Source: a virus
Taxonomy: Duplodnaviria; Heunggongvirae; Uroviricota; Caudoviricetes
IMG/VR virus record: IMGVR_UViG_2814123389_000006
Span: 1 to 64,000 of that record
Reading direction: 5' to 3' (one strand)
DNA: 64,000 nt
The notes under the pieces were generated by a model. That model saw nothing but the letters and a program-made list of their open reading frames with translations. It did not search any database and was not told the DNA's origin. Below are positions 36,188 to 44,162 of the stretch, piece by piece; the stretch's first letter is position 1; every line of letters starts with the position of its first letter. A program made the position numbers and the translations under genes.

Positions 36188-36320
36188 GAGCCGGACGCAG
36201 ATCGGTTATCCACTTCTAATGGAGAGGTCGCGGGTTCGAGTCCCGTCACCCCGTTCGCGGGGTGTAGCTCAGTCGGCAGAGCGCTAAACCCCGGTCCGCA
36301 GACACACGCCCACATCGCCT
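36188..36320 (+). ncRNA. Y-RNA-like (YrlA-type) ncRNA candidate 1 with permuted tRNA-like module
   Basis: T-arm GCGGG-TTCGAGT-CCCGT (36230-36246). 3' acceptor CACCCCG joined by TTCG loop to complementary CGGGGTG. tRNA D-arm TAGCTCAGTCGGCAGAGCGC. No anticodon arm. 5' GAGCCGGA...ATCGGTTATC. Ends with ACACGCCCACA. Confidence 0.45.
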
Positions 36321-36341
36321 GAGTAACAACTCAATTGCTGC

Positions 36342-36470
36342 GAGCCGGAGCATGATCGGTTATCGATTTGGGATCGAGAGGTCGCGGGTTCGAATCCCGC
36401 TCACTCAGGTGGCCTGGGGGATAGCTCAGTGGTAGAGCGCTAAAACCCGGTCGGCACAACACGCCCGCAG
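36342..36470 (+). ncRNA. Y-RNA-like ncRNA candidate 2 with tRNA-like T-arm/acceptor-like stem/D-arm module
   Basis: T-arm GCGGG-TTCGAAT-CCCGC (36384-36400). Stem-loop CTCAG-GTGGC-CTGGG. D-arm TAGCTCAGTGGTAGAGCGC. Same 5' GAGCCGGAG...ATCGGTTATC and 3' ACACGCCCGCA framing. Confidence 0.45.
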
Positions 36471-36496
36471 CACTCAACAACTGAACATTGCGATGC

Positions 36497-36640
36497 GAGC
36501 CGAAGCGAATCGGTTAACCAATGGTCCGTGGGTTCAAATCCCACTGCACGCCAATGCAGTTCGGTGTGTATGGCAGAGCGGCCTAATGCAACTGGCCTCA
36601 AACTCCCGGTACGCGCACCACGCCCGCATCGCTCCAGGTC
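36497..36640 (+). ncRNA. Y-RNA-like ncRNA candidate 3 (degenerate tRNA-like module)
   Basis: T-arm GTGGG-TTCAAAT-CCCAC (36528-36544). Stem-loop CTGCA-CGCCAA-TGCAG. Degenerate D-arm (TGGCAGAGC). 5' GAGCCGAAGCGAATCGGTTAACC. 3' CCACGCCCGCA. Confidence 0.35.
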
Positions 36641-36662
36641 CACCCAATTGATCAATCGGTGT

Positions 36663-36735
36663 GAGCCGGACGGCGGTCGGTTACCTTCATGCGGAATACC
36701 CCGGTCGCCACCAACACGCCCACACCCCAGACCCC
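36663..36735 (+). ncRNA. Y-RNA-like short stem-loop unit 4 (no T-arm)
   Basis: GAGCCGGACGGCGGTCGGTTACC...CCGGTCGCC forms a roughly 9-bp stem (GGCGGTCGG/CCGGTCGCC). Ends with CAACACGCCCACA. Confidence 0.3.
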
Positions 36736-36744
36736 CTGGTGCGC

Positions 36745-36812
36745 GCCGGATTTCGATCAGTTATCACTGAGAATGATTCCTCCGGTCGGAGACTCACACG
36801 CCCGCACCCCCC
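36745..36812 (+). ncRNA. Y-RNA-like short unit 5 (degenerate)
   Basis: GCCGGATTTCGATCAGTTATCAC...CCTCCGGTCGGAGACTCACACGCCCGCA. Shares the 5' and 3' motifs of the other units. Confidence 0.25.
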
Positions 36813-36824
36813 TCAACAAAGGAG

Positions 36825-38483
36825 ATGGCAGTGGACGTGTTGGCGACCGTGAGCACCCGGCGGACCCCGCAGACGGAGAAGGCCGACCCGCGCCAAATCC
36901 GAAACGCTGCAGGCGGATACACGTTCGCCGTCGATGACTGGGCGCGCGTCCACCGGTTCCTCACCCTCGGTGTCGATGGCGGAACCTACTACACGGGCGC
37001 CGCCGAGCTGGCCAAGGACAACGCTGAGGTGATCTTGCGCGCCGCCGCGACCGACCCGATCGAGCTGGTCCGCCGCATCGTCGAAGTCTCGACGGCTGGC
37101 CGCGCCCCCAAGCAGAACCCCGCCCTGTTCGCGCTCGCGATCGCCGCCGCGGCCGACGACGTCGACGGCCGGCGCGCCGCGCTGGCCGCACTGCCCCAGG
37201 TGGCCCGCACCGGCACCCACCTGTTCCTGTTCGCGCGGTACGTCGAGCAGTTCCGCGGTTGGGGCCCAGCCTTGGCGAAGGGCGTTGCCCGCTGGTACAC
37301 CGATCGCAACGTCGACAAGCTGGCCTACCAGGTGGTGAAGTACCGGCAGCGGGAGGGCTGGACCCACCGGGACCTGCTGCGCCTGTCGCATCCCGTGACC
37401 GTCGAGCCGGAACGCCGCGCTCTGTTCGATTTCGTGACTCGTGGCTCGCTCGGCGCAGTCCCCGAAGCGCTGGACCCCGGCGAGGTCCGGGTGGGACTCC
37501 CGGCGATTATCGAGGACTTCACCGCCGCGCAGAACAGCACCTCCATCCACGACTGGGTTGACCTGATCGGCCGCGGAAACGGGCTGTCGTGGGAGATGCT
37601 GCCCGACGCAGCGCTCGGCCACGCCAAGGTGTGGGAGGCGCTGATCGATCAGGGCATTCCGCAGACCGCGCTGATGCGGCAGCTCCCGCGCCTGACCCGT
37701 CTGGGTCTGGCCGTGGGCGATACCGGTCGGACGATCGCGGCCCAGTTGCAGGACCCTGTTCGGCTGAAGACCGGCCGGGTGCATCCGATCAACGTCCTGG
37801 TGGCTCAGCGCACCTACACGTCGGGCCAGTCGGCCCGCGGAGAGTCGACGTGGACGCCGGTCTCGAAGATCAGCGACGCGCTCGACGCGGCGTTCTACAA
37901 CGCGTATGGCGCGGTCGAGCCGTCCGGTAAGCGGATCCTGCTTGCCCTGGACGTGTCGGGTTCGATGACGGCGCCCGTGTCCGGGCTGCCGCTGTCGTGC
38001 CGGGAGTCCTCCGCCGCGCTGGCGATGGTCACCGCGGGAACCGAGCCCAACCACGACATCGTGGGCTTCACCGGCCGGCACGGGAACAACGGTTACGGCG
38101 CCTACGTCACGTCGACGGCGTTGACCGAGCTGGATATCAGCCCGCGCCGGCGCCTGGACGACGTGTGCCGCTACGTCGGCGGCCTGCCGATGGGGATGAC
38201 CGACTGCGCTCTGCCGTTCACCTGGGCGGCCGAGCAGAAGCGGGTCTACGACGCGGTCGTGGTCCTCACCGACAACGAATCGTGGGCAGGACCGGTCCAC
38301 GTCCACCAGGCGCTGCGGCGGTACCGGGAACAGATCAATCCCGAGGCGCGCCTGATCGTCGCGTCGATGACGGCTCGACCCAACACGGTTGCGGACCCGA
38401 AGGACCCGCTGTCGCTGGACGTGTCGGGCTTCGACACGACCGTGCCGCAGGTGATCAGCGACTTCGCGGCCGGTCGGATCTGA
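36825..38483 (+). CDS. rsr: Ro60 ortholog (Rsr; TROVE domain plus C-terminal vWA/MIDAS domain)
   Basis: RBS AAAGGAG. TROVE-like N-terminal region (GYTFAVDDWARVHRFLTLGVDGGTYY). C-terminal vWA with MIDAS DVSGSM. Preceded by the Y-RNA-like array. Confidence 0.7.
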   Translation: MAVDVLATVSTRRTPQTEKADPRQIRNAAGGYTFAVDDWARVHRFLTLGVDGGTYYTGAAELAKDNAEVILRAAATDPIELVRRIVEVSTAGRAPKQNPALFALAIAAAADDVDGRRAALAALPQVARTGTHLFLFARYVEQFRGWGPALAKGVARWYTDRNVDKLAYQVVKYRQREGWTHRDLLRLSHPVTVEPERRALFDFVTRGSLGAVPEALDPGEVRVGLPAIIEDFTAAQNSTSIHDWVDLIGRGNGLSWEMLPDAALGHAKVWEALIDQGIPQTALMRQLPRLTRLGLAVGDTGRTIAAQLQDPVRLKTGRVHPINVLVAQRTYTSGQSARGESTWTPVSKISDALDAAFYNAYGAVEPSGKRILLALDVSGSMTAPVSGLPLSCRESSAALAMVTAGTEPNHDIVGFTGRHGNNGYGAYVTSTALTELDISPRRRLDDVCRYVGGLPMGMTDCALPFTWAAEQKRVYDAVVVLTDNESWAGPVHVHQALRRYREQINPEARLIVASMTARPNTVADPKDPLSLDVSGFDTTVPQVISDFAAGRI

Positions 38484-38687
38484 GTGGACCCACGTGCGCA
38501 GCAAGCCCGGGAGCATCACCGCAAGGCGGCAGACGCTTCCGGGCTTGCTGATCGGCACCGCGCTCAGCGCGACAATCTCGTCCGGCAGATATGGGCGACG
38601 GCGCGCGCCCAGTGGACGTACGCGAAGCTGGCGAAGGCCATCGGCTGCTCCCCTGAGCTCATCGCGAAGATCGTCAATCGCCGCTGA
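38484..38687 (+). CDS. Small HTH DNA-binding protein
   Basis: GTG 38484 immediately after rsr stop. HTH TYAKLAKAIGCSPELIAKIV. Confidence 0.4.
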   Translation: MDPRAQQAREHHRKAADASGLADRHRAQRDNLVRQIWATARAQWTYAKLAKAIGCSPELIAKIVNRR

Positions 38688-38759
38688 ACTGCAGTTCTAT
38701 GGGAAATACCAAGAATGTCATCTCGGTGTGGCACACTTGGCCTTGCCGACGATAAGACG

Positions 38760-38815
38760 CCCAGGGGGTGTCTTCCCCAGGAGGGATAGTCGGCATTTAA
38801 CTTTTCTGGCCCCAG
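38760..38815. terminator. Candidate bidirectional terminator between convergent genes
   Basis: GGGGG-TGTCTT-CCCC hairpin followed by TTTAACTTTTCTGG. Lies between the + gene ending 38687 and the - gene ending 38797. Confidence 0.25.
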
Positions 38816-39456
38816 GGCGTCCAGAGCGTCACCAGCGTGGGTTCCACCGCCGTGGTGTACCAGTGCGTTGTCTTGCCGGTGAGGTGCCGCTGAACGGCCC
38901 ATAGGCCGTAGTCGGCCACCTGGAGGCCCCAGGACGTTGCAGCGTCCCAGTAGCAAAGCTTGATCACGCGGTTGACCTGTGCGCAAACCTCTGCCAGCGC
39001 TGCTTTCGCTTGCTGCCGGCGTGCGGCGGTGGCGATGGTGCCGACGATGACGAAGAGTTCGTCCTGTGGGGTGCACACCCACTTCGCGACCTCCTTGAAG
39101 TGGAGGTACCAGGCCATCTTGTAGAGGTACATCTCGCCCTTGGCCTGCACGTATGGGTAGGCGTTGGACTTGCAGAGGAACGTGGTGTCGAACCTGGGTG
39201 CCTGCTGGCGGATCAGGTCGTACATTTCGTTCTTGGTCGGCTTGCTGTCGTTCACCGCGTGGAACCCGCGGGGCAGGGTGAGGCCCGAAGCCTCGATCTG
39301 CGCGCGGAGCTTGAGCCCGTCATAGAGGTGCTCGCCGTGGGAATGATCGGGGAACACCGCGGTCCCGAAGCCGAAGTAGTCGGTCGCGCCCGCTTTGCCG
39401 TCGGGGGAGTAGTCGAGGTTGCCGGTTTCGTCGGCATACATGTAGATGGTGGCCAC
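38797..39456 (-). CDS. DUF3800-family protein (minus-strand moron)
   Basis: N-terminus (M)ATIYMYADETGNLDY matches the DUF3800 M-x-IY-x-DESG hallmark. GTG start. Opposite strand to the phage backbone. Confidence 0.5.
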   Translation of the reverse strand: MATIYMYADETGNLDYSPDGKAGATDYFGFGTAVFPDHSHGEHLYDGLKLRAQIEASGLTLPRGFHAVNDSKPTKNEMYDLIRQQAPRFDTTFLCKSNAYPYVQAKGEMYLYKMAWYLHFKEVAKWVCTPQDELFVIVGTIATAARRQQAKAALAEVCAQVNRVIKLCYWDAATSWGLQVADYGLWAVQRHLTGKTTHWYTTAVEPTLVTLWTPWGQKS

Positions 39457-39817
39457 GTCGTTGTGCTGTCTCTCTCTCGTTTGCCCCAGGCTCGTTGGAG
39501 CCCAGGTTTAGCTGCGCGGACCTCGACTGGGCCCTGTCGGAGAGTGGACGGCGGCACGCGATGATCACCGAGATGATGACGTATCCCGGCGTATCGCTTA
39601 GGATCGTGGCGTCTCTTGCCAAAGACTCACGAGCCCTGCTGGAGTCCGCCTCCGGCAGGGCCTCGGCATTTTCCGCGGGTGGAGGTTGTTCCACCTCGCA
39701 TCAGTCTATTGCTGGGGTCATCCACCCGCGGTGACCGCGACACAAAATGTTGGCGTGTCGCTACGAAATGCACCCGAACTCGGGCGTGTCGCCTTTTGGG
39801 CGTGTCGAGCCCCGACG

Positions 39818-40156
39818 TCAGCCGTGGGGGAGAAACAGCACCGTTTCGGGCATGAACACGGCGGCGAAGATGCACAGGGCTATGTGGGTGACGAGCATCG
39901 TGCGGAGGAACAAGCCGAGCCGGTGTCGGGGTGGCTCATCTGGTGCTCGCCTGCGTTCCGTGATGACCGAGGTCACTACGAGCACGGCTGAGATGAGCAA
40001 TGCAACGAACGCCGCCGTGCCGAACGACACCGTGTAGAAGCCGACGAGCGCGAGCATGAGCACCAGCCAGACATACACAGCCAGTCCAGCGGCTACGCCG
40101 GCCACGACGATCCCCGCGGACTGCGCCAGCCGCCTGGGTGATTGGTTGGCAACCAT
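39818..40156 (-). CDS. Small membrane protein (candidate immunity protein for upstream toxin)
   Basis: 3-4 TM helices. ATG is 3 nt after the toxin stop (TGAccgATG). Confidence 0.5.
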   Translation of the reverse strand: MVANQSPRRLAQSAGIVVAGVAAGLAVYVWLVLMLALVGFYTVSFGTAAFVALLISAVLVVTSVITERRRAPDEPPRHRLGLFLRTMLVTHIALCIFAAVFMPETVLFLPHG

Positions 40157-40159
40157 CGG

Positions 40160-41293
40160 TCATGGACCTTTCGTCAGCACGGGCACCGCGCCCTCGGCTG
40201 CCGCGATGTTGGCCGCGAGCCGGTCGATGTAAGGCTGCCACGTCAGCGCGGCGACCTGACCGTAGCCCGCCCGGATCGGCGCGCCGACCCAGCCCTCATC
40301 TGTGCCGGGCCCGTGAGCGATGTAGCCGCGTATGCCCAGATGCATCTCGCCACCCGATTCGTAGAAGCGGAAGTGGATCGTGCTGCCTTCACCGTCGACG
40401 TGGCCGGGCAGCGTCGCGAACTCGATATTGATCTCGTTCGCCGTCTTGTCGATCTGGGTCACCTCGACCGGGAAATCAGCCGCGTGGATGCCGAACCGCT
40501 CAATTTCGAGGGGTAGGTGATCACCGACTTTGGGCATCTTGGCCGGCGCACCTCCCATCGGGAAGTTGCAGTTGAAGCAGCGGTTCAGCTCTTTCCACAC
40601 GTCATCGACGCTCATGATCGTTCCGGCGCTGGGCTTCCCGGGGGCGTCGAGCCACACGCGGGTCGTGAGATCGAGGTTGTACTCCCAGGGCTTGTCGTGG
40701 TCGAGGATCGGCCACTGCTTGAAGTCAACTGCGTGAACGATCCCGTCGGCGGGGAAGTAGTCACCCTCGCCGGCGAACCGGATGCTGTCGAGCTCGGTGG
40801 CGCTCGCCTCGAGGCGGCTGCCGATCAGCCTGTCGGTCTGCAGGAGCTGATCGGCGTTCCACCGGATGTTCTCGGCGTGCTCCGTCGCCATCCTGTACCG
40901 GTCGGCCATTGTGGACACGTCGATTCGCCGGGTGTCCCTGACGGAGAGGTCCTCACCGACTCGGAACCCAGCGGCCTCGGCCTCGGCGATGGCTTCCAGG
41001 ACCGCGCGTACAGCGGCTCGCAGGTCTCCCGCGCCGTCGGTGGCGATCGCCGCAGCGCGGCGGGCGACGTCCCCGTGCTGACGGACTACCGCCAGGTCGG
41101 CTGAGGTGCGATCGGCGGCCGCGTCGCTGCCAGCGCCGGACCAACCATCGGCGGGTTGGTTCTGCTGCTCGAACAGAGTCTCGGACTGGCCCGCCGACTC
41201 CACCCAGCGGGTGGCCATGGACTCGAGGTGGGTGATGTCCCAGTTCTCGATCTGCGATCGCGTCAGCGCACTACCGGAGGCCGTCGTGCTCAT
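40160..41293 (-). CDS. WXG100-domain polymorphic toxin candidate (T7SS/ESX-exported; C-terminal toxin domain of unknown activity)
   Basis: N-terminal helical domain with WxG motif (ADGWSGAGSDAA). Divergent C-terminal about 200 aa (FPADGIVHAVDFKQW...NRCFNCNFPMGG...). ATGA-coupled to upstream 92-aa gene. Followed by small membrane ORF. Confidence 0.55.
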   Translation of the reverse strand: MSTTASGSALTRSQIENWDITHLESMATRWVESAGQSETLFEQQNQPADGWSGAGSDAAADRTSADLAVVRQHGDVARRAAAIATDGAGDLRAAVRAVLEAIAEAEAAGFRVGEDLSVRDTRRIDVSTMADRYRMATEHAENIRWNADQLLQTDRLIGSRLEASATELDSIRFAGEGDYFPADGIVHAVDFKQWPILDHDKPWEYNLDLTTRVWLDAPGKPSAGTIMSVDDVWKELNRCFNCNFPMGGAPAKMPKVGDHLPLEIERFGIHAADFPVEVTQIDKTANEINIEFATLPGHVDGEGSTIHFRFYESGGEMHLGIRGYIAHGPGTDEGWVGAPIRAGYGQVAALTWQPYIDRLAANIAAAEGAVPVLTKGP

Positions 41294-41568
41294 ATCGACC
41301 TCGATAGACCGTCAGCTGCGCCGTCGTCGGTGTCGGTGTACCCCGCGCTGGCGGTGCGCAGATCTGATGCGTGGCGGCCGGCGCGGGCGGACTGGCGAGC
41401 GCGGGCCGAGGCGAGTGCCGTGTCGAACGACGAGGCGCCCGCGTGGCTGGGTTGGCTGCCTGCCGGCGGCCCGCTGCTGGTGCCGGTTGCGAGCGTTTCT
41501 GCGATGTCGTCGCTCCGCAAAGACGCCGCGTTCAAGCGCGCGCTGTCCACCGATAGTTCGTCTGCCAC
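41290..41568 (-). CDS. Small ESX/WXG-associated partner protein (hypothetical)
   Basis: RBS GAGGGG precedes GTG start. ATGA-coupled to the toxin gene. 92 aa, Ala/Ser-rich. Confidence 0.4.
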   Translation of the reverse strand: MADELSVDSARLNAASLRSDDIAETLATGTSSGPPAGSQPSHAGASSFDTALASARARQSARAGRHASDLRTASAGYTDTDDGAADGLSRSI

Positions 41569-41903
41569 CTAAGTGCCCCTCGTCACAGATGTAACTCGCA
41601 CGCTATCGCCCGGCCGATCTGTCGGCAAACACGCCAGTTGCAGTCGCTCATCGAGCAGCCCGTCGATCCGCGCGGTGTTCGGCGGCCGATCGCCCGCGCG
41701 CCTGCAGGCGGCCCGTATCGCTGCCAGCACCCGGAGCTCGGCGTCGATCATCCTGATGGTTCTCATGATGGTTGGACGCGCGCCGAGCCGCTGCGGTTCC
41801 ATTCGCGTGAATTATCAAGTTGCACAACATGTTTCGCGTATTGCACGGTATGCTGACCGCGAGGGCAGGCAAGGGCCAGCCCCACCGAGAGGAGCAATCC
41901 CCC

Positions 41904-42128
41904 GTGAACATCACCAGCACCTGGAGCGAAGCAGCCCAGTTCTACGCATGCCACGACCCCGGCAGCGACGTCCACGAGTTCTGCCTCTACATGCAGGGCG
42001 GCCCCGACGCCCCGGCCTGGCGGCCGATGGACGTTCCGGCGATGTGGCGGCGCGTGCACGCCGACGACATGCTGCCCGTCGACCCGGCCACCGTGCCGGC
42101 GCTCGCGGCCGTGGCGGTTGCGCGATGA
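41904..42128 (+). CDS. Hypothetical protein
   Basis: RBS GAGAGGAG precedes GTG 41904. In frame with track ORF 41820..42128. Confidence 0.35.
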   Translation: MNITSTWSEAAQFYACHDPGSDVHEFCLYMQGGPDAPAWRPMDVPAMWRRVHADDMLPVDPATVPALAAVAVAR

Positions 42129-42790
42129 GCGCCCGCGACGAGGCAGTCCGGTTCTACCGCGCCTGGCTGCGCATCGCCGCTGCCGCATCGGTGCTCGGCA
42201 ACGTGGCCCACGCGACCCTGTCCCACCCGCCCTCGTGGATCGTGGCGGTCGCCGTCGCGGTCGGCCCGCCCGTGGTGTGGCTGGCCGCCGTCCACGGCCT
42301 GTCACTGTTGGTCCGGGCGCAGATCCGCGGCTGGACGTACGCATTCGCAGCGGTGGGCACCCTTCTGCTCGGCGGGCTGGCGGCCTTCGTGTCGTTCAAC
42401 GCGCTGTCCGATCTGGTCCACCGGTGGGCGGGATACTCGGGGCTGGCGGCGGTGCTCGTCGCGCTGGCGGTCGACCTGTCGATGGGGATCTCCACCCTGG
42501 CGCTGATGGCATTGACCCGACCGGGCCTGGCCGCCGCCGGAGAGGGGAACGCGGACGTGGAGTACTCGACCCCCGAGGTGTGGGGCCTGCACCCGGTGCT
42601 GAGTGTGGTGGAGCCGATCGAGAAGCAGCCCGGCGAACGCCGCGACCAGACCATCACCCTGCGGGTCACCGAGTCCGAGATGGTCGAGGTGGAGAGCCTG
42701 GCTGCTGGTGTGAACCGCCGGACCGCCGAGGCTGCCCGAGACGTCGTGCTCAGCGCGGCCCGGCTGCCCCGAGTGGCGGACGCAGCGTGA
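42125..42790 (+). CDS. Membrane protein (about 4 TM)
   Basis: ATGA-coupled. In frame with C-terminal part of track ORF 41573..42790. Hydrophobic helices (VAVAVAVGPPVVWLAAVHGL; LLLGGLAAFVSF; LAAVLVALAVDL). Confidence 0.45.
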   Translation: MSARDEAVRFYRAWLRIAAAASVLGNVAHATLSHPPSWIVAVAVAVGPPVVWLAAVHGLSLLVRAQIRGWTYAFAAVGTLLLGGLAAFVSFNALSDLVHRWAGYSGLAAVLVALAVDLSMGISTLALMALTRPGLAAAGEGNADVEYSTPEVWGLHPVLSVVEPIEKQPGERRDQTITLRVTESEMVEVESLAAGVNRRTAEAARDVVLSAARLPRVADAA

Positions 42791-42829
42791 GCGCCACAGT
42801 GCCCCCACTGCACTCAGAAGGGCGAAACG

Positions 42830-43075
42830 ATGAGCGCCGTGCTTAGCCGCTATGCGCGGCAGATCATCGCCAGCCGAGGCGTGAAGGTCGCCGACTACAT
42901 CAAGTTCAACACGGGCGGCGACACCTGGCACGGAGACCGTTGCGGCTGCCCCGATGACCGCTGCAGCGGCGGTTACCACCACGACGGCGGCGACGACGAA
43001 TGCAGCTGCCTCCCGGCAGTGCTCGATCAGATGCTCGGCGAGGGCGTGTGGGCGCACCTGCCGAAGCCGACATAA
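42830..43075 (+). CDS. Small Cys-rich protein, first member of a tandem family
   Basis: CGCPDDRCSGG...ECSC. Stop TAA embedded in conserved junction CCGAAGCCGACATAAGGA. Confidence 0.45.
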   Translation: MSAVLSRYARQIIASRGVKVADYIKFNTGGDTWHGDRCGCPDDRCSGGYHHDGGDDECSCLPAVLDQMLGEGVWAHLPKPT

Positions 43076-43290
43076 GGAACGCAGAATTATCGGCACGCAA
43101 GGGGGGCTGATATGAACCGATTCATCTGGTGGCATCGACTCAGGGGCCATCACATTGCGAAAGTTCCTCGCGCCGGATAGACCAGTAACTTTCTGGGAGT
43201 GCCGGAACTGCCCGAGCGATAGAGGTTGGGCAGCCGCGAGCAGCGAACGGGAGTTGCAGACGCTCCCGAAGACGACATAAGGACGAAATC

Positions 43291-43470
43291 GTGGGCAACA
43301 CAACGACCCCACTGAGTGAGCGCCGAGCCGCTGGAATCCGAGCGGCACAAGCGAACAGCTGCCCGCGCTGCGGACGCAGCAATGCACTGACCCGCCAATG
43401 CCGCGCGAACGGATCACGCATTTGCCGCTGGGAAGCGTCGGGCCGATGCCCACGACCCAGCCCGACATAA
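43291..43470 (+). CDS. Small Cys-rich protein, family member
   Basis: GTG start 8 nt after ATAAGGA. CPRCGRS...C...C. Ends PSPT*, inside junction repeat CCCGACATAAGGAG. Confidence 0.3.
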   Translation: MGNTTTPLSERRAAGIRAAQANSCPRCGRSNALTRQCRANGSRICRWEASGRCPRPSPT

Positions 43471-43479
43471 GGAGACGTG

Positions 43480-43614
43480 ATGGACAAGAAACCGCAGTGC
43501 TGTTCGCGATCGTCTGAGGTCGTCATCTGCCATTGCCACGCTCACTGGCACCCCCATCGCCGCGGGCCAGAGTGCAAGTCGCGCACCAACTCAAACGGGC
43601 AGAAGGGAGGGTGA
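43480..43614 (+). CDS. Small Cys/His-rich peptide (44 aa)
   Basis: ATG 6 nt after GACATAAGGAGACG. CCS...CHCHAHWHPH...C. Confidence 0.3.
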   Translation: MDKKPQCCSRSSEVVICHCHAHWHPHRRGPECKSRTNSNGQKGG

Positions 43615-43859
43615 TGAAGATCCGTCTCGAGCTGACGAGCCGATACAAGGGCACACACTGCACGTTCTGCGACCGGTCGATTCACGAGGCTGACCCCGGC
43701 CTGCCGGGCTGGCTCAGCGAGCGGGTGGGCAAGGCCAAGTTCTGGCGGCACAAGCACACCGCCGAGCACAAGGGCAACCGCCCGACCGGTGCCCCCACTC
43801 CGGCGCCGACGCTCGATGTCGACGCATTCGAGCGCCGCGCCCGTGAGCGTCAGCGATGA
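43614..43859 (+). CDS. Small Cys/His-containing protein
   Basis: ATGA-type coupling (GGTGATGAAG). CTFCDRSIH...H.H. In frame with track ORF 43533..43859. Confidence 0.4.
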   Translation: MKIRLELTSRYKGTHCTFCDRSIHEADPGLPGWLSERVGKAKFWRHKHTAEHKGNRPTGAPTPAPTLDVDAFERRARERQR

Positions 43860-43963
43860 CCGGGATCCTGATGCTCGGGGCGCTACTCGCAGTGATCGTC
43901 GGGCCCCTGTGGGTCCTGGACCGCTATATCCGGTCAAGGGGTGGCGAGGAGTGGCATTGGTGA
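43856..43963 (+). CDS. Possible 35-aa membrane peptide
   Basis: ATGA-coupled at both ends. MTGILMLGALLAVIVGPLWVLDRYIRSRGGEEWHW. Confidence 0.25.
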   Translation: MTGILMLGALLAVIVGPLWVLDRYIRSRGGEEWHW

Positions 43964-44151
43964 TGAGCGAGTGGGCCCCGGGCCGCTGGTGGCGGGTGAC
44001 CTACGTCGTCGACGGTGAGCAGAAGCTGTGGTGCGAGACCTCTGCCGAGGACGAAGCCCGCGAGGCACTCCAGAGCGTGCCGTCCGGCGCCGAGGACGTG
44101 AAGCTGGAACGACTCTGGGAACGGCGCGCCGCCGAGTGGCGATCAGCCTGA
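43963..44151 (+). CDS. Hypothetical protein
   Basis: In frame with track ORF 43789..44151. TGATG coupling. Confidence 0.4.
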   Translation: MSEWAPGRWWRVTYVVDGEQKLWCETSAEDEAREALQSVPSGAEDVKLERLWERRAAEWRSA

Positions 44152-44162
44152 CGCTGAGTTCC

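Noticed and set aside
36180-36815. Canonical tRNA gene cluster
   Set aside because: T-arms and D-arms are present, but the D-arm lies downstream of the T-arm and no anticodon stem-loop can be formed. The units better fit Y-RNA-like tRNA mimics next to Ro60.
36180-36815. CRISPR array
   Set aside because: Repeat units are 70-150 nt, unequal and structured. They lack the short identical direct repeats with unique spacers of a CRISPR array, and no cas genes are present.
41800-41880. Sigma-70-like promoter from the paired TTGCAC motifs
   Set aside because: Spacing between the best -35 and any -10-like hexamer is 23 nt or less than 5 nt. It is kept only as a note of repeated TTGCACnnnATG 13-mers, which are possible operator repeats.
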